53,194 nt of DNA from an uncultured bacterium. GTDB taxonomy: Bacteria > Eisenbacteria > RBG-16-71-46 > CAIMUX01 > VGJL01. The notes beneath the pieces are model-generated. The model had not been told where the DNA came from, ran no database searches, and saw only the letters and a list, made by a program, of their open reading frames with translations. The stretch is from positions 32,416-85,609 of the forward strand of contig CAZNRY010000001.1 of NCBI GenBank assembly GCA_964575675.1, given 5' to 3'. The translations under genes and the position numbers were made by a program. Within the stretch, counting starts at the first letter, position 1. Each line of letters starts with the position of its first letter. Positions 16,747-25,743 of the stretch are shown here, piece by piece.

Positions 16747-17906
16747 ATGCTCACCTTCGTCGTCATCCTGATCGCGATCGCGCTCGTATTCGACTACATC
16801 AACGGCTTCCACGATGCGGCCAACTCGATCGCCACGATCGTGTCGACGCGCGTGCTGACCCCCGGCAAGGCGGTGGTCTGGGCGGCGTTCTTCAACTTCG
16901 TCGCAGCGTTCGGGTTCGGCGTCCACGTCGCAAAGACGATGGGCAAGGGGTTGGTCGACCTCCACGCGATCACGCCTGAGGTCATCCTCGCCGGATTGAT
17001 CGGGGCGATCCTCTGGGACCTCATCACCTGGTATCTGGGACTCCCGACGAGCAGCTCGCACGCCCTGATCGGCGGCTATGCGGGAGCCGCCGCCACGCAC
17101 GCGGGGTTCGGCGCGATCATCTGGAGCGGGTGGACCCGAACCATCGCGTTCATCGTGATCGCGCCTACGATCGGCATCATCCTCGGGTTCCTGCTCATGC
17201 TGCTCTTGAGCTGGATTCTGAGACGCTCGACGCCGACGCGCGTGGACGGCCTCTTCCGAAAACTCCAGCTCGTTTCCGCCGGGCTGTACAGCCTGGGGCA
17301 CGGCACGAACGACGCGCAGAAGACGATGGGGATCATCGCCGGGGTGCTCTACATTTCCGGCTACATGGAGACCTTCGCGATACCTTTCTGGGTCGTTCTG
17401 ATCTGCCATGGGGCGATCGCCCTAGGCACCCTCTCGGGCGGTTGGCGGATCGTGAAGACGATGGGAATGCGGATCACGCAGCTTCGCCCGTGGACGGTTT
17501 CGCCGCGGAGACAGCCGGAGCGATCACGATCCTCGGGGCGTCATATTTGGGGATCCCGGTCTCGACGACCCACACGATCACCGGAGCGATCGTCGGCGTG
17601 GGTTCGATCAAGCGCGTCTCGGCCGTCCGGTGGGGGGTTGCGACACGGATCGTCTGGGCGTGGCTGCTCACGATTCCTATGTCGGCGGGGATCGCCGCGC
17701 TGGCGATGCTCCTGATCAAGCTCCTCCACCAAACCAGTTTGAGCAGACTTGAGAAGCTCGCCTCGCGCATCCACTCGGCCCGGCTATTCTCCCCGGGGCG
17801 CCGGACCTCGCGGCGCGCGGGCTCGCTTCTCAGCCGAAGTCAAACTCGTCTAGCCCGCGACCTCGAGCGCGACCGGGAGTGCGCCGGATGGGGCCGCGCG
17901 CGTTAG
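16747..17906 (+). pseudogene. pit: PiT-family inorganic phosphate transporter with a 1-nt frameshift
   Basis: MLTFVVILIAIALVFDYINGFHDAANSIAT...GHGTNDAQKTMG...MGMRITQLRP is read in one frame. The conserved continuation VDGFAAETAGAITILGASYLGIPVSTTHTITGAIVGVGS..AVRWGV lies in the -1 frame after the CCC run at 17487-17489. Confidence 0.75.
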
Positions 17907-19315
17907 CGCACGTGTACGAAGCGGACCGACCGGCTCACGCCCCGCGTGCGCAGCACCGCGAGGTAGGCGCCGCTCGGAGCGCCGTTGCCGTCCCACGCCG
18001 CCTCATGCCGTCCCGCGGCTGCGACCCGATCCAAGATCGTCGCCACACGGCGTCCGTCGACCGTGAATATCCCGAGCTCGACCGGCGCGGGGGCTGGCAT
18101 CGTGAAGTCCAAGCGGATGATTCCGCCGTTAGGGTTGGGGGATGCCCGCAAGGCCAGGTCGTCCGGGCCGGCCGTCTCGTCTTCCGTGCCGCTCACGGGG
18201 AAGGGGCTCACCACCTGGAACGGATCGATCACCGCGCCGCCCGGCTTGATCGTCCGGACGTCGACCGTTTCCCCCCGGACGTCCACCTGCGTGAACTCGA
18301 GGCAGGTCTCGCGATAAACGGTCCATGGTTGCGCCGCTCCCCAACCGCTGTAGAGCGGGGCGCCCCCGCCGCCCGTGATCACGTAGTGGACCCCGTTGAC
18401 CAGGCTCCGTTCGTAGGCGTGAATGTGGCCCATGAAGGCGATCTGGACGTGGAAACGTTCGAGCAGCGGACAGATATACTGGCGGACCGTCAGGTCGCTC
18501 GAATGTCCGGTGTTCGTCGTGTAGGGGGGATTGTGAAAGGTGACAAAGATGTGGCGCACGGTCGCGTCGGCGCTGTCCGCCTTGAGCTCGTTCAGGAACC
18601 AGTCGTACTGTGGGCTCCCCGTCGAGTAGGGGGAATAGCAGTCGAGAATGTGGAAAGAGCTGTTCCCGTACCGCACGGAGTACCATCGCTCGTTGCCGGG
18701 AAGCGCAAAGAGGGCGTACCAGTTCGCCATGACGCCCGTGTCGTGATTGCCCAGGGCGGGGAAGAGCGGCGCCCGGGAGATGATCCCCTGCTCCACGTTG
18801 AAGAAGGTCTGGTAGTCGGACGTCGATCCGGTCGCCGTCAGGTCCCCGACGTTCAAGAGCAGGCCGGGCGCCGGATTCACGAGGGCCATCTGATCGACGA
18901 CGCTCTGGTGATCAGCTGTATTCGTTCGGTTGTCCCCGTAGGCGAGGAACCGGAAGGACCGGTCGAGGGCCACCGGCGTGTGGAATACGAAATCGGCGCT
19001 CGTGTCGGCATCCGAGATCGCCCTGTAGTGGTAGAGCGTGTCGGGGAGCAGGGGACTGAGCAGGATCTCGTGCTGGTACGATGCCGCCCCCTGAGCGGTC
19101 TCGGCTCCGTACGCCGCCGACAGCCCGAAGAGCACCTTGCCCCCCTGCAAGGCGGAGGTCTGCCACCGGACCGTGATCGTCGTTTCCGTCAGTCCCTGCA
19201 GATAGGGCTGCTTGACGAAGGCGCTGCGGGCGGGATGCGTTGAGAAGAGGAGGGCAAGCAGGACGCAGCCGCACAGGGTCAGCGGCACGGCGAGGTTCGA
19301 TCTGGCAGGTGCCAA
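17903..19315 (-). CDS. secreted metallophosphoesterase (purple-acid-phosphatase-like) with T9SS/FlgD-Ig-type C-terminal domain
   Basis: Signal peptide plus a PAP N-domain (LLPDTLYHYRA). Motifs YGDNR, GDLTATG, GNHD, VTFHNPPYT, GHIHAYER and ITGGGGAP. The last 82 aa are SPNPNGGIIRLDF...GAYLAVLR...VRFVHVR. Confidence 0.8.
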   Translation of the reverse strand: MAPARSNLAVPLTLCGCVLLALLFSTHPARSAFVKQPYLQGLTETTITVRWQTSALQGGKVLFGLSAAYGAETAQGAASYQHEILLSPLLPDTLYHYRAISDADTSADFVFHTPVALDRSFRFLAYGDNRTNTADHQSVVDQMALVNPAPGLLLNVGDLTATGSTSDYQTFFNVEQGIISRAPLFPALGNHDTGVMANWYALFALPGNERWYSVRYGNSSFHILDCYSPYSTGSPQYDWFLNELKADSADATVRHIFVTFHNPPYTTNTGHSSDLTVRQYICPLLERFHVQIAFMGHIHAYERSLVNGVHYVITGGGGAPLYSGWGAAQPWTVYRETCLEFTQVDVRGETVDVRTIKPGGAVIDPFQVVSPFPVSGTEDETAGPDDLALRASPNPNGGIIRLDFTMPAPAPVELGIFTVDGRRVATILDRVAAAGRHEAAWDGNGAPSGAYLAVLRTRGVSRSVRFVHVR

Positions 19316-19498
19316 GTTTTTCTCCCTGCGGCCGCGACCCGTTTAATTCTACGCTCGAACCGCCGGAAAAGGTATCCCTTGAAGCGGGGCCCGCGATCCC
19401 GGACGATTCCAGCCATCGATGGGCCGCGAGGCCCGGCCCCGGCGATCGGAGCGCACATGGCGCCAGCCCGCCGGCCCGGGGGACCATGAGGGGAAATC

Positions 19499-20296
19499 AT
19501 GGATAGCAGATCCCGGATGCGCAGTGTCTCGCGGGCGCTCGCCTACATGCAGAGCTTCGGCGTCGCGCGGGGCTTGGATCTCTTCCTCAAGACCCTCTCC
19601 GGCCCGCGGATCGTGAGTCTCCGTCTCCCCGGATACCCCGCGCCGGTGCTCCTGCGCACACGCACGAGCGACATTCAGACCTTCGGCCAGGTCTTCGTCT
19701 CGGAGGAGTACGATTTCCCGCTCCCGGACCCGGAACCCCGGCTCATCATCGACGGCGGGGCCTACGTCGGCTACACCACCCTCTACTTCGCCAATCGCTT
19801 CCCCGAGGCGCGTGTTCTCGCGATCGAGCCGGCCGAGGAGAACTTCCTGATTCTCGGAAAAAACACGGCCGCCTGTCCGAACGTCCGGCTGGTTCGCGGT
19901 GGGCTCTGGAACAGGAAGTGCCTTCTGAAGCTCGGGAATCCCGATGGCCTTCACTGGTCGTTCCAGGTTGACGAAGCCGCCGCGGGCGAGGGTGCGGATC
20001 CGCGGGGGGATGACGCGATCGAGGCATTCACGATTTCCGAACTCATTCGAATGGCGGGCGGCGGGCGGATCGACATCCTGAAGCTCGACATCGAGGGGGC
20101 TGAAAAGGTCCTGTTCGGGCCGGGGTGCGAGGATTGGCTCGATTCCGTCCGCGTGATCATGATCGAGATGCACGATCGGTTCGAACCGGGGTGCAGCAGC
20201 GCGTTTTATCGGGCGATCGCGGGGCGCGATTTCAATCAGCTGATCAAGGGAGAGAACGTCGCGGTCTTCCTCGATATGGGTCGCGGCGCCGTCTGA
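19499..20296 (+). CDS. FkbM-family methyltransferase
   Basis: IIDGGAYVGYTTLYFA (SAM-binding loop) and ILKLDIEGAEKVLF, typical of the FkbM family. Confidence 0.75.
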   Translation: MDSRSRMRSVSRALAYMQSFGVARGLDLFLKTLSGPRIVSLRLPGYPAPVLLRTRTSDIQTFGQVFVSEEYDFPLPDPEPRLIIDGGAYVGYTTLYFANRFPEARVLAIEPAEENFLILGKNTAACPNVRLVRGGLWNRKCLLKLGNPDGLHWSFQVDEAAAGEGADPRGDDAIEAFTISELIRMAGGGRIDILKLDIEGAEKVLFGPGCEDWLDSVRVIMIEMHDRFEPGCSSAFYRAIAGRDFNQLIKGENVAVFLDMGRGAV

Positions 20297-20336
20297 TCCC
20301 GGCCCTCTTCGCCTTGCTCGCGGCTGCGGTCCCGCC

Positions 20337-20720
20337 CTAACGCTCCAGTGGGTGCTTCCAGATCGGCACGTCTTCCTTCAGGCGGGAGATCAGCTCTGCT
20401 GCTGCTGCGAATGCCTCCCCTCGATGTGACGCCACCGCCCGGACGTAGAGACTTCCCTCGCCCGCAGGGACCGTCCCCACCCGATGGATGATCGTGAGAT
20501 CGATCAGGCCGTGCGTCGATGCGATCCTCTCCGCGATCAACCGGAGTTGGTGGCGCGCCATCTCTTGATGGCATTCGTACTCGATTCCCCGGATCGGCCG
20601 GCCGTCCTCGCGATCGCGAACGATTCCGTGAAACTCGACGACCGCTCCCGCACGGCCCGCTGCAGCGCCGGGGTCGCCGGGCGGCAGCAACGGGGTATCG
20701 ACGATCTCCACTCGAACCAT
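20337..20720 (-). CDS. moaE: molybdopterin synthase catalytic subunit
   Basis: 127 aa: FHGIVRD...GIEYECHQEMA...IIHRVGTVPAGEGSLYVRAVASHRGEAFAAAAELISRLKEDVPIWK. Confidence 0.85.
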   Translation of the reverse strand: MVRVEIVDTPLLPPGDPGAAAGRAGAVVEFHGIVRDREDGRPIRGIEYECHQEMARHQLRLIAERIASTHGLIDLTIIHRVGTVPAGEGSLYVRAVASHRGEAFAAAAELISRLKEDVPIWKHPLER

Positions 20721-20723
20721 CGA

Positions 20724-20969
20724 TCATCCCCCCTGCACGGGCGGGATCAACGAGATCTCATCGCCCGGGCGGATGCGACGCTCGCCGGCGGCATATTCGC
20801 TTCCGATCGCGGCGCGGGCGGAGGAGCGGTGCGGATCCAAGCCGCGGTGGAGGGCGAAGAACGCGTCGAGCGCCGCGTCGAGCGTCGCTTCCTCGGGCAA
20901 GTCCATCTCCACCCTGGAGGCGCCCGCGGAGACGCGGATTTGCCCCCACAACAGGAAGGCAACCCTCAT
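20724..20969 (-). CDS. moaD: MoaD/ThiS-family sulfur carrier
   Basis: 81 aa ending in ...GDEISLIPPVQGG. It ends 3 nt upstream of moaE. Confidence 0.8.
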   Translation of the reverse strand: MRVAFLLWGQIRVSAGASRVEMDLPEEATLDAALDAFFALHRGLDPHRSSARAAIGSEYAAGERRIRPGDEISLIPPVQGG

Positions 20970-21040
20970 CGGGACCGGTTCCTCATCACGAGGGGAGGTT
21001 AGCAGACCAATCGGTCCATTCGAGCGGGAAGATTGGTGAA

Positions 21041-21055
21041 GCCCCCATCGGGGGC
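21041..21055 (-). terminator. weak terminator-like hairpin after the HD-GYP gene
   Basis: GCCCCC-atc-GGGGGC, 12 nt downstream (minus strand) of the stop at 21067. There is no clear U-tract. Confidence 0.2.
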
Positions 21056-21066
21056 GAGTGCGGGGA

Positions 21067-22668
21067 TCAGGCCGCCTCGGCTCTCGGCTCCTCGTAGATG
21101 AACGGCGCCTGCTCGAGCACCCCCGTTTGGATCATCACCTCGTGTTCGCGGATGAAGGGAAGGAGCATCTCCAGGGCATCGACCGCCACGGGGTCGAGCT
21201 GGGTCCCCCTGACGTCGGCGATCACCGCGAAGGCGAGGTCGGGGCTGCGGCGGGGCCTGTAGGCCCGGGAGCTGGTCAGGGCGTCGTAGGTATCCGCGAC
21301 GCTGATGATCCGGGCGATCCACGGAATCTCCTCGCCGCGCAGGCCCATCGGATAACCCCGGCCGTCCATCCTCTCGTGATGGCTGCGGACCGCGAGGCTG
21401 GCCGAAGCGAGCTGGTGGATCGGCGCGAGGACCTTGTACCCCCGTTCGGGGTGCTCCTTCATGGACTCGAACTCGGCCGGGGTGAGCTTGCCCGGCTTGT
21501 TCAGGATCCGCTCGGGCATTCCGATTTTCCCGATGTCGTGGAGGATCGAAGCCCACTTGAGGACCTCGAGATCCTCGTCGCTCAGCGAGAGCGACTTGCC
21601 GAGGAGCATCGAGAGGATGTGCACGCGCTCGGAGTGGCCGGACGTGTACGGATCCTTGGCTTCGATCATGGAAACGAGGCTCTTCACCGTGGCGATCTGG
21701 AAATTCTTGAGATCCTCGTACAGGTCGTGATTCGTGACGGCCATCCCGACGCGCTCGGCGACCGACTCGATCAGCTTCATCTCGCTCTCGCGGCGGAGCA
21801 GCGTTCCGTTCAGATGTACGAAACAGAGGATACCGAGAGCGTCCGACTGGATCGGGATGCTGACGGCGAGGATCTGTCCCTTCTCCTGGAAGAGAGGAGC
21901 GTCTCCGCCCAGGTCCTCTTCCGCGCCCGCGAAGAAGCGGCGGTTCTGCAATCGGAAATGGCCGCTCACGCGCTCGGCCAGACGTCTCCACGTCCGTGAG
22001 GAGGACGGCAGGCGGACGCTCGCCGCCTCGCTCGTCGCGACCTCGATGAGTCGGCGCCCGGCGATGTGGACGATCGCTGCATCCGCGCCGGTCGCCCGGC
22101 ATGCCTGGGCCAGCACGCGCTGGACCGCCTGTCGCGAATCTTGTTCCTCTCCCAGCCTGCCGGAGATCGTGGTGAGGAGATCCAACTCCTCCCGCGTCTG
22201 GGCCAGCTTCTTCGCCGTCCGCGCGTGCTCGCGCGCGAGGGACAGATGGTCCGCCGCGAGCCGGGCCAGGCGCGAGAGGAACCGAACGGCCTCGGCGGGG
22301 CCGATCGAATGAGATCCGGCGGCCTGTGCGGACCGGACCGCGATGAGGCCGAGCGGCGCTCCGGCCGGCTGGGGAATCGCGACGACCGTCACCTCGCAAC
22401 CGCAGGGACCGATCCAGTGCTCGTACTCGGTCGGGTTGCCGATATTTTGCAGGGCAAGCTCCCGCCTAGCCTCGCACTCGCGCGGACCGTCGGCTTTGGC
22501 GGGACCGCAGGATGAGCAGCGGGGAAGGGGAACCGCGCCGAAAGCCTGCTCCCGCGCAGGAGATTTCAGCAGAATCGCCGCCCCCAGCATCTCGGAGGCG
22601 CTGTCCAGCAGGGCGGCCAGCTCCTCGGATAGGATTCCGGGACCGGCCTGGCCGAAACGAAGGGGCAT
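21067..22668 (-). CDS. PocR-like sensor + GAF + HD-GYP c-di-GMP phosphodiesterase
   Basis: Start trimmed to ATG 22668 (MPLRFGQ), 11 nt after the upstream stop. The Cys-rich N-domain (RCSSCGP..GPRECEAR...GPCGCEVTVVAIP) resembles PocR. C-terminal motifs HDIGKIGMP and HHERMDGRGYP. Confidence 0.8.
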   Translation of the reverse strand: MPLRFGQAGPGILSEELAALLDSASEMLGAAILLKSPAREQAFGAVPLPRCSSCGPAKADGPRECEARRELALQNIGNPTEYEHWIGPCGCEVTVVAIPQPAGAPLGLIAVRSAQAAGSHSIGPAEAVRFLSRLARLAADHLSLAREHARTAKKLAQTREELDLLTTISGRLGEEQDSRQAVQRVLAQACRATGADAAIVHIAGRRLIEVATSEAASVRLPSSSRTWRRLAERVSGHFRLQNRRFFAGAEEDLGGDAPLFQEKGQILAVSIPIQSDALGILCFVHLNGTLLRRESEMKLIESVAERVGMAVTNHDLYEDLKNFQIATVKSLVSMIEAKDPYTSGHSERVHILSMLLGKSLSLSDEDLEVLKWASILHDIGKIGMPERILNKPGKLTPAEFESMKEHPERGYKVLAPIHQLASASLAVRSHHERMDGRGYPMGLRGEEIPWIARIISVADTYDALTSSRAYRPRRSPDLAFAVIADVRGTQLDPVAVDALEMLLPFIREHEVMIQTGVLEQAPFIYEEPRAEAA

Positions 22669-22679
22669 TCTCGATCTCC

Positions 22680-23078
22680 CTAGCTTGCCCGAAGCAACGG
22701 GGCCTCCGACGCGTACCACTCCTCTAGGCGCCCCATGATCACCCTCTTCCGCAGCGGCCTCTGCACGATTCCAAGATCGGCCACTTCCTCGAGGGCCTTG
22801 CGTTCTACTTCGCCGGATGAGCCGGTCATCAGCGCCAGGACCGAGAGGGATCGATGCGACCGGAATGAATCGACCGCGCGCCGCCACGCCTCGATCGTCG
22901 TCCGGCCAGGCTGGATCTGCGCGATCAAGAGATCGGGGACCGAGCGCGCGAGAAGCACGGCGGGTACTCCGTTTCCCCTGGCAAGGGTGACCAGGTACCC
23001 TTCCGACTCCAGCGCCACACGGAGCCGCCGGAGCAGGACCCGGCTATTGCCCACTACTAGAACGCGGACCGGAAGCAT
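22680..23078 (-). CDS. stand-alone receiver-like domain lacking the phospho-acceptor Asp (pseudo-receiver)
   Basis: MLPVRVLVVGNSRVLL...PDLLIAQIQPG...VLALMTGS...VQRPL. The acidic pair DD is replaced by GN, the phospho-Asp by Gln54 and the conserved Lys by Arg. ORF 22680-23321 trimmed to ATG 23078. Confidence 0.6.
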   Translation of the reverse strand: MLPVRVLVVGNSRVLLRRLRVALESEGYLVTLARGNGVPAVLLARSVPDLLIAQIQPGRTTIEAWRRAVDSFRSHRSLSVLALMTGSSGEVERKALEEVADLGIVQRPLRKRVIMGRLEEWYASEAPLLRAS

Positions 23079-23410
23079 GCGGGATTCCCCTTTCTGCAGC
23101 AGCCACACTCGATCGGAGCAAGATGATTGCCAATCCGGACGCCGGGCCCCGTCCCGGGAACCGGGTTGCGTTTGGCCTGTTCCGGCGTTCCGGTCCGAGC
23201 CTTCGGCCGTCCCGGGGAGTGCGGGATGCACTCTTCGAGGCCGCCCGGTGTGCACCGTGCAATCGGCCGGCGCCCGCAATCGCCCATGCGCCCGGCCGAG
23301 TGAACGATTGCCCGGCCCCATCGGGGCGGGCTATCGTACCGACACGGGAAATCCCTCGGGGCGGTCAAACCGTCCCTTTCGATCGGGAGTCTGAAACAGG
23401 AGAACAAAGG

Positions 23411-24757
23411 ATGCTGTTTTGGCCGAAACACCACGTCTGCGTGGCTGTCCTGCTCGTGGCGGGCCTGGCGGCACGGGCCGATGGGCAGGGGTCCCCGACC
23501 GCACCGGGGCCCCGGTCGGGGCCGAAGGTCGTCGAGGGGGTCGTCGCCGTCGTCGGCGACACGCCGATCCTCCGCTCCGAGCTGGACGACCGGTACGCCC
23601 TTCTCTCTCCGCAGTTCGAGATCGCGCCCGGCGACACGGCGCGCGCCAACCAATTGCGGCGCGAGATTCTCGACAACCTGATCAGCGAGCAGCTCCTCCT
23701 GCAGGAAGCGGAGGGGCTGGGTCTCAAGGCCGACCAGGAGCAGATCGACAGCGCCGTCGTCTCGGCGGTCGAGAGCGATCGAGAGCGGATGGGACCCGAA
23801 GGCTTCACCGCCGAGCTCGCCAACGAGGGAATAACGGAGGCGGATCTGCGTTCGCGCTATGCGGCCGAGGCGCGCAAGGAGATGCTGCGGCGCCAACTCC
23901 TGCAGAAGGAGGTCGTCGCGAAGGTCTCCGTGACCGACGCGCAGGCTGAACAGCACTTCCGCGACAACAAGGAGAAGATCGGCATGCGGCCCCGCGCGCT
24001 GCGCGTCCTCGATCTCTTCGTGAGGACGACCCCCGACACCTTGATCGAGGCGACCCACCGCAAGCGGGCCCTCGAGATCCGCCGCGAGATCGACGGCGGC
24101 CTCTCCTTCGAGGATGCCGCGAAGCGCTACTCGGACGACGAGAAGACCCGGGAAGAGGGTGGATTGCTCGGCCGGTTCGGTCCCGGAGACCTGGGCGATC
24201 GCACCTTTGAGAGCGCAGCCTTCACGGGGGCGCCGGGCGTCGTCATCGGTCCCCTGCGGACGAACCTCGGCTACCATCTGATCAAGGTCGTGGACCGGGA
24301 TCCCAATGGGGCATGGGCGCAGATCCAGCACATCTTGATAGCCGTAGCGCCGAGCAGGAGCGACGAGGTGCGGGCCGAGCAGAAAATAGAATCGATGCGG
24401 GCCGAAATCCTCTCGGGCAAGCTCGATTTCGCCGAGGCGGTCCGCCGCTACTCGGACGACGTCGCAAGCCGGGACGGCGGCGGGGATGTCGGCTGGCTGC
24501 CGATCGACAACTTCCTGGGCGACACCAAGGGCGCTGTCGATTCCCTCAGGGTCGGAGGCGTCAGCCGGGTCGCGGCGGTCGAGGGCGGATTCCACCTCTT
24601 CAAGCTCGTCGGGGAGCAGGCGGAAACCGCCTATGCCTTCGAGGAGATCCGCGACGAGCTCCGCGGAATGGTCGAGAACCAGGAGCGGCAGAAGCGCCTG
24701 GACGCGTATCTCGTTGAGCTCCGCAAGAAGATCTTCGTCGAGATTCGTCCCCTATAG
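23411..24757 (+). CDS. SurA-like periplasmic chaperone / parvulin-type peptidyl-prolyl isomerase
   Basis: Start at ATG 23411 after GGAGAACAAAGG. Signal peptide MLFWPKHHVCVAVLLVAGLAARADG. Two parvulin domains (GGLLGRFGPGDL...GYHLIKV and GGDVGWLPIDNF...GFHLFKL). Confidence 0.8.
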   Translation: MLFWPKHHVCVAVLLVAGLAARADGQGSPTAPGPRSGPKVVEGVVAVVGDTPILRSELDDRYALLSPQFEIAPGDTARANQLRREILDNLISEQLLLQEAEGLGLKADQEQIDSAVVSAVESDRERMGPEGFTAELANEGITEADLRSRYAAEARKEMLRRQLLQKEVVAKVSVTDAQAEQHFRDNKEKIGMRPRALRVLDLFVRTTPDTLIEATHRKRALEIRREIDGGLSFEDAAKRYSDDEKTREEGGLLGRFGPGDLGDRTFESAAFTGAPGVVIGPLRTNLGYHLIKVVDRDPNGAWAQIQHILIAVAPSRSDEVRAEQKIESMRAEILSGKLDFAEAVRRYSDDVASRDGGGDVGWLPIDNFLGDTKGAVDSLRVGGVSRVAAVEGGFHLFKLVGEQAETAYAFEEIRDELRGMVENQERQKRLDAYLVELRKKIFVEIRPL

Positions 24758-24768
24758 GAGAGAGGCGC

Positions 24769-25050
24769 TTGCGGATCGACGTGTTGCTTCACTCACTCTG
24801 CCTCTTCAAGACCCGCAGCCAGGCCGCGCGCGCTTGCGCCGAGGAACGGATCTGGCTGAACGGACACGCGGTGCGCTCATCGCGGATCGTTCATCCCGGG
24901 GACAGGATCCGATGGCGCGATCCTCTCGGACGCTTTGAGCAGGAGGTCGAGATCATCGAAGTTCCCGTCGGCCAAGTCTCCCGCTCGGCTGCGCGCGGTA
25001 TGTACCGCGAGCTCTCCCGTCGCGCCGTCGACGATCCCTGGGTCGCATAG
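24769..25050 (+). CDS. S4-domain RNA-binding protein (Hsp15-like)
   Basis: 93 aa with a TTG start: RIDVLLHSLCLFKTRSQAARACAEERIWLNGHAVRSSRIVHPGDRI. Confidence 0.65.
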   Translation: MRIDVLLHSLCLFKTRSQAARACAEERIWLNGHAVRSSRIVHPGDRIRWRDPLGRFEQEVEIIEVPVGQVSRSAARGMYRELSRRAVDDPWVA

Positions 25051-25743
25051 ATGATCGCCTTCGAGCACATTTTCCTTCGATACTGGGGCCCCAACGAAGA
25101 ATATGCGCTCCAGGACATCAACCTCGAGATCGGCTCCGGGGAGATGATCTTTTTTCTCGGACCGAGCGGCGCGGGCAAGACGAGCCTGCTGCGTCTCGTC
25201 ACGCTCGAGGAAATGCCGGCCCAGGGCAGGGTTCGCGTGCTCGAGTTCGATTCGTCGAGGATCAAGGGACGCGAGATCCCGCGCCTGCGCCGGAAGGTAG
25301 GCGTCGTCTATCAGGATTTCCGCCTCCTGCGCGAGAAGACGATCTTCGAGAACATCGCCTACGTCCTGCGTATGACCGGGGTTCTCGACACCTCGACCCT
25401 GCAGCGGATCGTTCTTCGACTCCTGACCCAGGTGAGCCTCTATCACAAGCGCAATCACTTCCCGGATCAACTCTCTGGCGGCGAGCAGCAGCGGGCCGCG
25501 ATCGCCCGCGCGCTCGTTCATGAACCGAGAATCGTCCTGGCCGACGAGCCGACCGGCAACCTCGACGCCGCCAGCGCGAACGAGATCCTCGACCTCTTCC
25601 GGCGGGTCAACATGGCCGGCGCGACGGTTGTCGTTGCGACCCACGACGAGTCGCTCGCGGCGCGCTACGCGACGCGCACCGTCTTTCTGGAGGGAGGCCG
25701 GGTCGTGCGCGAGGCGCGTTCGGTGCGGGCGAGGGCGCTATGA
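25051..25743 (+). CDS. ftsE: cell-division ABC ATPase FtsE
   Basis: Walker A GPSGAGKTS, signature LSGGEQQRAAIARAL, Walker B VLADEPTGNLD. Followed by ftsX with an ATGA overlap. Confidence 0.9.
   Translation: MIAFEHIFLRYWGPNEEYALQDINLEIGSGEMIFFLGPSGAGKTSLLRLVTLEEMPAQGRVRVLEFDSSRIKGREIPRLRRKVGVVYQDFRLLREKTIFENIAYVLRMTGVLDTSTLQRIVLRLLTQVSLYHKRNHFPDQLSGGEQQRAAIARALVHEPRIVLADEPTGNLDAASANEILDLFRRVNMAGATVVVATHDESLAARYATRTVFLEGGRVVREARSVRARAL

Noticed and set aside
17481-17495. Programmed -1 ribosomal frameshift as an explanation for the PiT frame switch.
   Set aside because: There is no X_XXY_YYZ slippery heptamer; the sequence is CTT CGC CCG TGG. I found no obvious downstream pseudoknot. A 1-nt deletion or error in the C-run is simpler.
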